Shown here piece by piece: positions 9,524 to 17,975 of a stretch of 64,000 nt of DNA. The stretch's first letter is position 1. Each line of letters begins with the position of its first letter. The DNA comes from Candidatus Sulfomarinibacteraceae bacterium (GTDB taxonomy: Bacteria; Acidobacteriota; Thermoanaerobaculia; Thermoanaerobaculales; Sulfomarinibacteraceae), in contig CAWCLO010000003.1 in assembly GCA_963796455.1 (NCBI GenBank), positions 256,001-320,000 on the forward strand, read 5' to 3'. The notes under the pieces are model-generated. The model was given only the letters and a program-made list of their open reading frames with translations, had not been told where the DNA came from and made no database searches. Made by a program: the position numbers and the translations under genes.

Positions 9524-10186
9524 CTACCAGGTGGTCTGACGCCGCAACAAGGCGAGGAACTCCTCACGAACCAGACGATCAGCAAAACACCCGCGTAGAG
9601 CGGAGGTCGTCGTCATGGCACCGGCCTTTTTGACGCCGCGCATCTCAACGCACAGGTGCCGAGCCTCAATGACCACCATCACCCCCTGAGGTTCGAGTTC
9701 TGACCAAAGGAACTCGGCCACCTGTTCGGTCAGTCGTTCCTGGAGTTGCGGGCGCTTGGCAAAGAACTCGAGAATACGCGGCAATTTGGACAACCCGACA
9801 ACTTCGGATTCGGGAATATAGGCAATGTGGGCATGGCCGTAAAAGGGCACGAAATGATGCGCGCACATGGAATAGAAGGGGATCTCCTTTTCAATCACCA
9901 TGTGGTGGTAGCCCTCGTCGTTGGGAAAAGTGGTGACCTTTGGCGCCGCACCCTCCCGAAGTCCGTGGAACATTTCCAGATACATCTTTGCCACTCTTTT
10001 CGGCGTGTCCTCGAAGTTGGGGTCCGAAAGATCGAGGTTGAGCGCCCGCATGACCCCTTCCATGTGGCTCGCCACTGACGAGATGATGCGCTCCTCGTCG
10101 CCGCGAGGGATCGAGTTGTCGCCGTTTGCGGCCGTGTCCTTCGCGCCGTTTTGTTCGTCGCTGTCGATGGATGCGATGTCGGACAT
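9524..10186 (-). CDS. folE: GTP cyclohydrolase I
   Basis: TPKRVAKMY, SMCAHHFVPF, GLSKLPR, QLQERLT and HLCVEMRG motifs; GGGAG RBS 7 nt before ATG 10186. Confidence 0.96.
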   Translation of the reverse strand: MSDIASIDSDEQNGAKDTAANGDNSIPRGDEERIISSVASHMEGVMRALNLDLSDPNFEDTPKRVAKMYLEMFHGLREGAAPKVTTFPNDEGYHHMVIEKEIPFYSMCAHHFVPFYGHAHIAYIPESEVVGLSKLPRILEFFAKRPQLQERLTEQVAEFLWSELEPQGVMVVIEARHLCVEMRGVKKAGAMTTTSALRGCFADRLVREEFLALLRRQTTW

Positions 10187-10254
10187 TTTCATACTCCCTG
10201 TGCATCGGAGAATCGCGCCACAGCCTAGCGTATTCCAGGCCACCCCACCACCCG

Positions 10255-10550
10255 CCTGCGTCCGTGCCCGAATTGCGGCGGCAGCGGCAGTGTTCAGCGG
10301 CAGCGATCTCGTGTAATGACGGCGTGGTCACCTCCGGGTCGTTCAACGGATGAAACAACCGTTGTGGTGTAGGCGTCTCGCCTGCACACCGTGCGGCCGA
10401 GACGGCCGCACCACAAAGGCCGGAACTCCGAAGATGCGGGGGCTGTTCGCTGTCGCTGGCTCCCGTTCGCTGTCGCTGTCCCTGAATGCTGTCCGAGACG
10501 CTGTCTTGGCTATGAACGATCCTGCATCCTGAATTTTGCATCGAGCACCG
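10255..10550 (+). mobile_element. Gene-less copy of the modular element with a REP-like doublet as cargo
   Basis: Left motif 10268-10291, anti-SD 20-mer 10326-10345, hairpin doublet 10363-10415, right hairpin 10491-10510. Confidence 0.6.
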
Positions 10551-10559
10551 AGCGAGATA

Positions 10560-10775
10560 CGGGCCTCCCTTTCCCCTCTGCCCCTTTTTCCCTCTGCGAG
10601 TTGGTGGATCGATCTGGCCGTCGATAGCGATAGCGATTCCGATAGCGATAGCGATGGGTACTCCGCCCCTCTGCCACGTAGAAGCTCGTTCTCCCTTTCT
10701 CCCTTTCTCCCTTTCTCCCTTTCTCCTCCGCCCCTCTGCCAGACGGAAAGGGATCCAGCATCCAGCATCGAGCGG
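10560..10775. repeat. Microsatellite mosaic (GATAGC)n, (TTTCTCCC)n, (CAGCATC)n
   Basis: Directly visible tandem 6-, 7- and 8-mers; the same units occur at 4070-4140, 4405-4490 and 44755-44847. Confidence 0.8.
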
Positions 10776-10810
10776 CCCGACAGACGGTCGGGTGGTGTAC
10801 CATCCGAAAC

Positions 10811-11656
10811 GTGAACGGCACCCTCCTCATCACCGGCTCGCACGGTCAATTGGGAAGAGCTCTGACCGGGTTATGCCGCAACCGCGGTCTCGATTTTGAA
10901 GCCCGCGATATCGATACCATCGACATCAAAGATGGGGGGGCGATGACCGAATGGATCGAGACCAATCAACCCCCGGCAGTCATCAACTGCGCCGCCTTCA
11001 CAGCCGTCGACGATTGTGAATCCAATCAGGATCTGGCGATGAGGGTAAACGGCGAGGCGGTTGGAACGATTGCCTCGGCGTGTAACTCGATCGGCGCCCG
11101 TCTGGTTCAGATTTCTACCGACTACGTTTTTCCGGGAGACGCCACCGAGCCCTATCTCGAAAGTGATCCGGTCGCCCCGGCCACCGTCTACGGACAAACC
11201 AAGCTGCGCGGCGAAGAATTGGCGATGACTGCCCGCCGCCACCTCGTGGTTCGTACGGCCTGGCTCTACGGTCTCGGCGGTCGAAATTTCGTCGAAGCCA
11301 TCAGGGCACAGATCGAGGGAGGCGCCACTTCACTCAAGGTGGTGTCCGACCAGATCGGGACCCCGACCTTCTGCGGCGACCTCGCCGGGGCAGTCCTCGA
11401 TCTTATCGAAAAGGATGCGTTGGGCATCGTCCACGCCGTCAACGCCGGTATCACTTCATGGCACGGCTTTGCGGTCGAGATCGCCCGCTGCCTCGGCTCC
11501 GATGTCGAGATATCCGCTGTTACGAGCGATCAGTTCCCCAGGGCGGCCCGGCGGCCCGCATACTCCGCCCTCGACACCGGTCGGCTCCGACTGTTGATCG
11601 GGCGATCCATGCCGCCGTGGCAGGACGCTCTCGCACGGTACCTGGCAGAATCATGA
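10811..11656 (+). CDS. rfbD: dTDP-4-dehydrorhamnose reductase
   Basis: TGSHGQLG, NCAAFTAVD, STDYVF, YGQTKLRGE and DQIGTPT motifs. Confidence 0.93.
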   Translation: MNGTLLITGSHGQLGRALTGLCRNRGLDFEARDIDTIDIKDGGAMTEWIETNQPPAVINCAAFTAVDDCESNQDLAMRVNGEAVGTIASACNSIGARLVQISTDYVFPGDATEPYLESDPVAPATVYGQTKLRGEELAMTARRHLVVRTAWLYGLGGRNFVEAIRAQIEGGATSLKVVSDQIGTPTFCGDLAGAVLDLIEKDALGIVHAVNAGITSWHGFAVEIARCLGSDVEISAVTSDQFPRAARRPAYSALDTGRLRLLIGRSMPPWQDALARYLAES

Positions 11657-12615
11657 GAATTCTCATCACCGGCGCTGCCGGTTTTGTCGGGCCATACCTC
11701 GCACAACACCTTCGTTCGATGGTGCCGAAGGCCGAGATCTGGGGCCTTGTCTGGTCAGATGACGAGCGAAGCGCTCCCGAATTCGTCACTCCCATACCTG
11801 GCGACCTGACCGATCGGCCCTCTTTGTCGCGAGCGATCGAAACGGCTCGACCTGAAATCGTCTTCCATCTCGCGGGGGCCTCATCCGTCGCTTCATCATG
11901 GGACAACCCGGATCTCTTTTTGAAGGTGAACCTGGAAGGCTCCATCAACCTTTTCGAGGCAATACGTGATTCCGGCTGTGATTCGAGGATCGTTTTGGCG
12001 TCCTCGGCAGAGATCTATGGTTCGGTGCCACTCGCCGAGCAACCGATTGTGGAGAATACACCGCTGCAACCCCTTTCACCATACGGTAAGAGCAAGGCTG
12101 CTCAGGACCTGGCGGCGCTGCAGTACTTTCAGGAATTCGGGCTCCAGACAATCCGTCTTCGCCTCTTCCACCACACCGGGCCCGCCCGCCCGCCATTCTT
12201 TGTGGCTTCGAGTTTTGCGCGTCAGATCGCACGCATTGAACAAGGCCTCGACCCTCCAACGCTCTCGGTCGGCAATCTCGATGCGGTGCGCGATTTCTCC
12301 GATGTTCGCGATGTCGCTCGCGCCTATTGGCTCGTCGCCGATCGAGGCGAAGCCGGGGCGGCCTACAACGTATGCTCCAGTCGAGGACGAAGCATGGGTC
12401 AACTTCTCGATATGATGCTCGCCATGACCGCGTCAAAAGTCGAAATCAGCATCGACCCTGATCGGCTTCGAGCCGCTGATATCCCACATCTCGTAGGCGA
12501 CCACACAAGGCTCTCCACCGCGACCGGTTGGCAGCCGGAAATAGCCTTTGAACAAACCCTGGAAGATCTCCTGGACTGGTGGCGAGCAGAGTTGAGAAAC
12601 CACCGCATCGATTGA
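11653..12615 (+). CDS. NDP-sugar dehydratase/reductase (GDP-mannose 4,6-dehydratase / Rmd-like SDR)
   Basis: TGAAGFVG, SSAEIYG, PYGKSK and VGNLDAVRDFSDVRD motifs; ATGA overlap with rfbD. Confidence 0.88.
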   Translation: MRILITGAAGFVGPYLAQHLRSMVPKAEIWGLVWSDDERSAPEFVTPIPGDLTDRPSLSRAIETARPEIVFHLAGASSVASSWDNPDLFLKVNLEGSINLFEAIRDSGCDSRIVLASSAEIYGSVPLAEQPIVENTPLQPLSPYGKSKAAQDLAALQYFQEFGLQTIRLRLFHHTGPARPPFFVASSFARQIARIEQGLDPPTLSVGNLDAVRDFSDVRDVARAYWLVADRGEAGAAYNVCSSRGRSMGQLLDMMLAMTASKVEISIDPDRLRAADIPHLVGDHTRLSTATGWQPEIAFEQTLEDLLDWWRAELRNHRID

Positions 12616-12662
12616 TTCTTGTACCCTCGACATGACACAGTGCAACGACAGGGAGGACGAAG

Positions 12663-14432
12663 ATGGAAATGGATCGGCGCAACCGGATTGCTCAATGGGT
12701 CTTCGACTCGCGCGCGATTCTCGGACGATTCCATCTGTGGTTGGAAGACGTCGAAATCGAAAGCGAAGGAGTGTCCGAAACGGGCGATATGTCCTTTGTC
12801 GGCGGTTCGTTAGAACGAGCATTTGTGGTTGCGACCGCCGTCACCGCTCTCGGCACCAGGCTCTTTGGACGCTGGGGTGAGGGAGCGGATCTCGACAAGG
12901 CGGGAATCAACCGCGTCAAAAAGGACGCGGATGCGGTCTCGGCCTATGCGCTGTCCGAGGCATTGTGGTATCTCACCCGCAGTCTTCCGGAAAACCACGC
13001 CGTCATGATCTCCCTCGGCGAGGGCCTGATGCCGAAGGCCGGCGAGACTCCCGAAATGGGCTCGAACCCTTTGCTCGGGTTCGGCCGGGTCTATGCGCGG
13101 CCGCAGGTGGCGCGTTTCCTCGACCGAAGGGTCCACCGCCTGGTCAATGATCCGACTTACGAGTGGCCCGAGTTCTGGTTCGATCTCCAGAGTGCCGGCA
13201 TCACCATCTGGGGTGCTGCAGTGGATACTCTGGAAAACACATCCCGATTCGCCAAGGGCAGTCCAACCGGACCGATGACAATTCTTCACCTTTATGACCA
13301 ACCACTCAAGGTGGCACGGCCCTATGAGGGCTACATGGGCAATATCACCCTGCCTCGAGAGGTTGTCGACCAGGCCGCGGATCGATCCATTCTGATCGAC
13401 TATCGAACGCCCCGGGCCCGGGTCATGGAAGCGATCCGGGACACGTATCCTATGATCCGACCCGAAAATGTTCACGTCTGGACTCTGGGAGGACCGAGCC
13501 GCGAAAACCGCCTCTCGAACCTGTGGGCTGAGTGGCAGGAACTCGGCGCTCACCTCGTCGAAGATGGCTGGCCGATGCCCGGCACGAACATCCCGGTTTT
13601 CACCGAATCGGGAACCTACGCGCCGGCTTTTCGTGTCGGCACCTTCGAAGATGAAGACGGCGCCACCCATGTATTCATCTGCGATGGGTATGCGGCATCG
13701 GCGGAAGCCATGCAGGCGGCGAGTCTCGATCCGATCCTCGATCTCTCGACCTCGATGACCCTGTTTTCGTCCAGTTTCAAGGCCCCTGCGGATCGTGAGC
13801 GTGAGGTCATTGCACTGGACCCCGAGGCCGAAGATTTTGCCGATCAACTCGCTGCCACCCTTGAATCAGAGATCGATCCGGCCCTTGCCAGGGAATACAG
13901 CGAGAGCCTTCGCGGCGCTCGCGAAGCCTTGATGCCGGTCGACAAAAAGACGATCACCGCGGACGATTTCTTCCCTCTCAAACAGTGGCGGGTGCTCGCT
14001 CTCGCAGGCTATATGCTGCCCGATCCCTATACCGGCTCGAATGGTGTGGAACAGATCAGCGACGATCGTTTCAGGGTCACGACACGGGCGGCGACCCGCA
14101 ACGGCATGATCAACGTGACCCTCGTTCTTCGACTGATGGAGACGAAGGACCAGATGCAGATGGTTTTTTCACCCCTTCTCGATCGCTTTTATTCGGGTCA
14201 GGACCACACCACACGGGCGGTCAAGATCTCGGATTCAGGCAGGATCAGAAACGAATTGCAGACGTTGGCCTCAGAAGCGATCGAATTCCTGCCGGATGAT
14301 CGTATGTTGGTCAACTTCGGTTTGATCGACGATTCCGTGCTGCCTCCGGACAAGCGTGATCTCATCCGTGAAGTCCTGGTCTGGTACAAGAAGAACCACC
14401 CCACCTGGTTCAAGTGGCTCGAGATGAAATAG
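12663..14432 (+). CDS. Hypothetical protein, distant class II fructose-1,6-bisphosphatase (GlpX)-like
   Basis: ISLGEG...NPLL, AVDTLENT..FAKG and EGYM resemble GlpX VIGEG...APML, AVDPLEGT..AKG and DxYM; GGGAGG RBS. Confidence 0.55.
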   Translation: MEMDRRNRIAQWVFDSRAILGRFHLWLEDVEIESEGVSETGDMSFVGGSLERAFVVATAVTALGTRLFGRWGEGADLDKAGINRVKKDADAVSAYALSEALWYLTRSLPENHAVMISLGEGLMPKAGETPEMGSNPLLGFGRVYARPQVARFLDRRVHRLVNDPTYEWPEFWFDLQSAGITIWGAAVDTLENTSRFAKGSPTGPMTILHLYDQPLKVARPYEGYMGNITLPREVVDQAADRSILIDYRTPRARVMEAIRDTYPMIRPENVHVWTLGGPSRENRLSNLWAEWQELGAHLVEDGWPMPGTNIPVFTESGTYAPAFRVGTFEDEDGATHVFICDGYAASAEAMQAASLDPILDLSTSMTLFSSSFKAPADREREVIALDPEAEDFADQLAATLESEIDPALAREYSESLRGAREALMPVDKKTITADDFFPLKQWRVLALAGYMLPDPYTGSNGVEQISDDRFRVTTRAATRNGMINVTLVLRLMETKDQMQMVFSPLLDRFYSGQDHTTRAVKISDSGRIRNELQTLASEAIEFLPDDRMLVNFGLIDDSVLPPDKRDLIREVLVWYKKNHPTWFKWLEMK

Positions 14433-14829
14433 TCGCTGGATACTCGATGCTGGATACGTCGAGATCGTCAGTCTCGCCACACAATTACCAAATCTCTTCG
14501 ATTGATCTGATCTGCTGATTGTGCACTGTTCCGGTAGCCAAATCGCGAATTAGGAATCGAATATCCAGTATCCAGTATTACTGCTGTCAGAACAGACCGT
14601 CACCTGAAGTTTCCCGCCCGACAACACTTGGTTTACAGGTTGGTTTTTGGCATATCCGGTTGGCGGTTGCCCGTGCCCGCGTCCGCGTCCGCGTCCGCGT
14701 CCGAATTGCAGCGGCAGCGACAGTGTCCAGTGTCAGCGATCAGCGATCAGCGATCAGCGGCAGCGGCAGCGGAGGAGCGGCAGCGGGCGGAGCGGCAGCG
14801 GCAGCGGTCAGGAGTCCAGGCGACGAAGT

Positions 14830-14966
14830 GGCCACCTCCGGGTCGTTCAACAGAAGGGGTAGCCGGTGGGCGGCCGATGTCAAGGACAGGCAGGGTGCAG
14901 GGCATCCTTGACATCGGCCGCCCACCGGCTTGTGGGTATAGGCATGAACGAACCGGAGGTGACCAT
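14830..14966 (+). promoter_or_regulatory. Nested stem-loop leader covering the GGAGG RBS
   Basis: 14830-14849 pairs with 14945-14964 (18/20); perfect 26-bp IR 14861-14886 / 14905-14930 with an 18-nt loop. Confidence 0.65.
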
Positions 14967-15318
14967 GTCCTCAGCCGCCACGAACACCAACCTCGTTGCC
15001 CACTCGAAAGCCCTCGAAGCAGCAGGAATCGCGATCAAGCTCGTGATGAGGGTTCCAGCTCCACTGAAGTCCATAGCCGATCAGGTAGTCCGATCGGCGA
15101 GTTCAGTCCCCGCGAACCTGGCAGAAGGGCACGGCCGTTTCGGTAGAGACCGGTTAAACCACTGGAGAATCGCCTACGCCTCGGCGAAAGAGGTCGACAG
15201 CCATTTGCAGCTCCTCGCCCACGCCGGGGCGATCACCCCGAACGGAGCCAGTGAAGCGATGGACGCCTTCGATCAGGTCCGTGCGATGACCTGGCGGCTC
15301 TTGAACCCGAAGGAGTGA
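14965..15318 (+). CDS. Four helix bundle protein (23S rRNA intervening-sequence protein / Avd-like), 117 aa
   Basis: DQVVRSASSVPANLAEGHGR motif; GGAGG at 14955-14959; paralog of 2277-2630. Confidence 0.9.
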   Translation: MSSAATNTNLVAHSKALEAAGIAIKLVMRVPAPLKSIADQVVRSASSVPANLAEGHGRFGRDRLNHWRIAYASAKEVDSHLQLLAHAGAITPNGASEAMDAFDQVRAMTWRLLNPKE

Positions 15319-15470
15319 GTGCTGTTCGCTGTCCCTGCCGCTGATCGCTGGCGCTGATCACTGTCGCTGCCGCTGACTCCTGTTCGCTGACGCTGTCCCT
15401 GAACGCTGTCCGAGACGCTGTCTTGGACAAGTGTGATCCAGCATCCAGTATCCCCTGGCGGATCGAAGTC

Positions 15471-15875
15471 TCATTTCACCTGAAGAGTTTCGAGCGTCTC
15501 TCGAAGAGTCGGGGTCATTCGTACCGGCCGACCAGTTGTGTTGTCGACGCAGGCAAGAACAGTCATTGCAACAGCTGCCACTTCACCGTCCACCGTCACC
15601 ACGTATTCGAAGGTGAAGGAAGCTCCTCGGATTTCGCCCACCCGCAGCCACACCCTCACATCGCCGTACAACCCCACAGGCCGTTTGAAGTCGATTTCCA
15701 GGCGTTTGACAAAAAACGGCACATCCATCGCCTCGCGTCCGCCAAATCTTTGCAGCCAGACTTCTGATCGCGCCTGTTCGATGTAGCTCGCAAAGACCGC
15801 GTTGTTGACGTGGGCAAAGGCATCCAGATCCCGCCACCGCACCTGAATCGGACATGAAAATGGATAGTCTTTCAT
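15471..15875 (-). CDS. Acyl-CoA thioesterase (4HBT/YbgC hotdog family)
   Basis: VRWRDLDAFAHVNNAVFASYIEQAR motif. Confidence 0.92.
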   Translation of the reverse strand: MKDYPFSCPIQVRWRDLDAFAHVNNAVFASYIEQARSEVWLQRFGGREAMDVPFFVKRLEIDFKRPVGLYGDVRVWLRVGEIRGASFTFEYVVTVDGEVAAVAMTVLACVDNTTGRPVRMTPTLRETLETLQVK

Positions 15876-15934
15876 CTTCGACAGGGTATCAGTCCGAGAA
15901 CAGGATGAGCGACCACGGTGAGCAACCGGGAGCC

Positions 15935-17695
15935 TCAGTCTTCGAGATAACCAAAGGCCTTGAGTCGTTCCCGTTCCCGTTGACTCAGTTCGACGCTGCG
16001 ATCACCCCGTTTGGAGCCGATTCGTTGGTGCAGGGCGACACCGGCCTTCTGATTGAGCCGCAACAAGGCCTCGAGCCTGTTCGCCAGCTCGTCCTCACCC
16101 TCGACGAGATTTTCCTGCTCTCCTGGGTCGGTATCCAGGTTGTAGATCGCGCGGATCTTTTTGTGCTGATCGAAAATACCCTTGATTTGTCCGTCGATGA
16201 CGGCGCGATCGAGCACCCCGGCGACAATCGGGCTCGTTGCGGGTCGCGCCCCAAGGACAAAACCGGGCAGCGTGTCCACCGGCAGACCGGCGAAATCGAG
16301 CAGGGTCGGAGCCAGATCCACCGACGCTGTGGGCTCCTCGTGCACCACTCCGCCGCGCTCGCCGCCGGGCCATTTAATCAGCAGCGGCACCTTCAGAATC
16401 TCCTCGTAGACCGTTCCGTGGTTGAAGCCGCCGTGTTCGGAGAACTCCTCGCCGTGATCACTGGTCACGACAACCAGGAGATCATCCCAGATTCCCTGCT
16501 GTCGAAGCGCCTCGAACAACGAACCCAACGATCGGTCGAGATAACTCACGCCGTCGTCATATGTGGAGCGCAGGATCTCGACGTCTTCGGGATCACGGGC
16601 AATCGTCCCCTGGCTCAAGGCGGTCACAAAGGTCGATGCGCACAGATCATCCCTGCAACCGAAGTTCTCGACCCCGAACCGTTCGGCGATCGAGGGCCGA
16701 TTGACTCCCGGCGCCTCATAGGGCAGGAGACTGAAATCAGAATGCGGCTCAAAGGTGTGGAGAAAGAAAAAGAAGGGCTCATCGGGATGAGCGAGGATCC
16801 ACTCCGCCGCCGACCGCGCCTGCCGGGCAGCCCTCCAGCGGGTCACCCGGTAACTCTCGAAGCCCTTGCCAAATCCCCAGCGGGGAGAAAGCCAGGTGCA
16901 GTCGAAGACCAGACCGGCGGTGGTGTAGCCGCCTTTTCTGAATCGATCGGCAAGAGTCGGCACCAGGGGGTCCATCGCGTGGTGAACCAGGAGCGCCCGA
17001 TGGGTGTCGGGGGAATAGCCGGTCAGCATGCTCGCGTGTGACGGCTTGGTCCAACTCGCGGCCGCATAGTGCCGCCGCCAACTCTCAGACTCAGCTGCAA
17101 AACGATCGAGGGCCGGTGTGTCGACCTCTCCACCAAAGGCGCCGATGGCGTCGAGGCGCAGGGTGTCGACCGAAATCACGAGGATTCGAGAAGGAGAATT
17201 GCCGGCCTGCACAGTCACCGGCACCCGTTGCCGAAGACCCAGCTCGCGGAGATGCACGACGCAACCGGAGGCAAGGGCGGCCTCGATCTCGACGACGGCC
17301 ATCTTTCCCGCAAGCTCTCCGAGCGCCACTTCCCGCCGCCACCAGCCATCGCCCGGTTCGAAGCCGAGATCGATGGATACCGTGCTGCCGTCACCCGCCC
17401 GCACCGCCCCTCTGAGGGCATTGTTTGGGGATGTGTCGGCATCGGCGCGGCATTCGAGGTGACCGACCAGTTCTAGCGACGGATCATCAGCCAACTCGAC
17501 CTCGGTCTTCATCACCTCGCCCGATGAGATGGTCACGGCGACCCAGGTCTCGTCCGACGCGAAAACCTCCTGCGCCCGAAGTCGACGGCCATCGACCATG
17601 ACCCGTTGCTCGATCACCAGATCGACAAACCGGGTCTGGGATGGTCCGCGGGCACAGCCAACGATGCCGATGACCATGAGTGCGGCGAGCAACAC
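15935..17695 (-). CDS. Sulfatase-like hydrolase, probable lipoprotein
   Basis: ISVDTLRLD, SWTKPSHASMLTG, HTFEPH and TSDHGEEF motifs; IVGC lipobox-like site; start uncertain. Confidence 0.85.
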   Translation of the reverse strand: MLLAALMVIGIVGCARGPSQTRFVDLVIEQRVMVDGRRLRAQEVFASDETWVAVTISSGEVMKTEVELADDPSLELVGHLECRADADTSPNNALRGAVRAGDGSTVSIDLGFEPGDGWWRREVALGELAGKMAVVEIEAALASGCVVHLRELGLRQRVPVTVQAGNSPSRILVISVDTLRLDAIGAFGGEVDTPALDRFAAESESWRRHYAAASWTKPSHASMLTGYSPDTHRALLVHHAMDPLVPTLADRFRKGGYTTAGLVFDCTWLSPRWGFGKGFESYRVTRWRAARQARSAAEWILAHPDEPFFFFLHTFEPHSDFSLLPYEAPGVNRPSIAERFGVENFGCRDDLCASTFVTALSQGTIARDPEDVEILRSTYDDGVSYLDRSLGSLFEALRQQGIWDDLLVVVTSDHGEEFSEHGGFNHGTVYEEILKVPLLIKWPGGERGGVVHEEPTASVDLAPTLLDFAGLPVDTLPGFVLGARPATSPIVAGVLDRAVIDGQIKGIFDQHKKIRAIYNLDTDPGEQENLVEGEDELANRLEALLRLNQKAGVALHQRIGSKRGDRSVELSQRERERLKAFGYLED

Positions 17696-17915
17696 AACAG
17701 CCCTCGTCGTGTCGACAAGACGGAATGAATGCCTCGTGTTCAGAAACGCCCCTTCAAATCTCTTCGTTCTCGAGAACCGGAGAGACGACCCCGGCTCTGG
17801 ACGGGCCAGTTTACATCACTGCGCGTTGACCCTTGGGGGCGGGCCCTGCGACAAGTGGTCGACCTCGGCTCGAGCATCATCACCGTTGCACCCGGAAGCG
17901 CCTCCGTGCCGGCAG

Positions 17916-17946
17916 AAAAAAACGAGGGCTGCGAAAAGCAGCCCTC
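17916..17946 (-). terminator. Rho-independent terminator
   Basis: Minus strand GAGGGCTGC-TTTTC-GCAGCCCTC-GTTTTTTT, 30 nt after the stop at 17976. Confidence 0.85.
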
Positions 17947-17975
17947 ATTTGAATCGACTTTCAGTCAGCCGGGAA

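Larger units (their letters stand above)
14670..15452 (+). mobile_element. Modular intergenic element, copy 2, carrying a four-helix-bundle gene
   Basis: Left motif 14701-14724; 37-bp imperfect IR 14709-14745 / 15339-15375; right hairpin 15408-15428. Confidence 0.6.

Noticed and set aside
14878..14942. Sigma70 promoters from the TTGACA hexamers in both arms of the 26-bp hairpin
   Set aside because: No acceptable -10 box at 16-18 nt in either direction (TATAGG is 23 nt away and is absent in copy 1)
14866..14964. N-terminal extensions of the four-helix-bundle ORFs in the ORF track
   Set aside because: The GGAGG RBS sits 5 nt before ATG 14965, and the extension crosses the hairpin, where copy 1 has a 1-nt indel
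2277..15318. Diversity-generating retroelement, suggested by Avd-like genes and a diverged repeat pair
   Set aside because: There is no reverse transcriptase in the window, and the differences between the copies involve all four bases and are largely synonymous, not adenine-specific TR/VR changes
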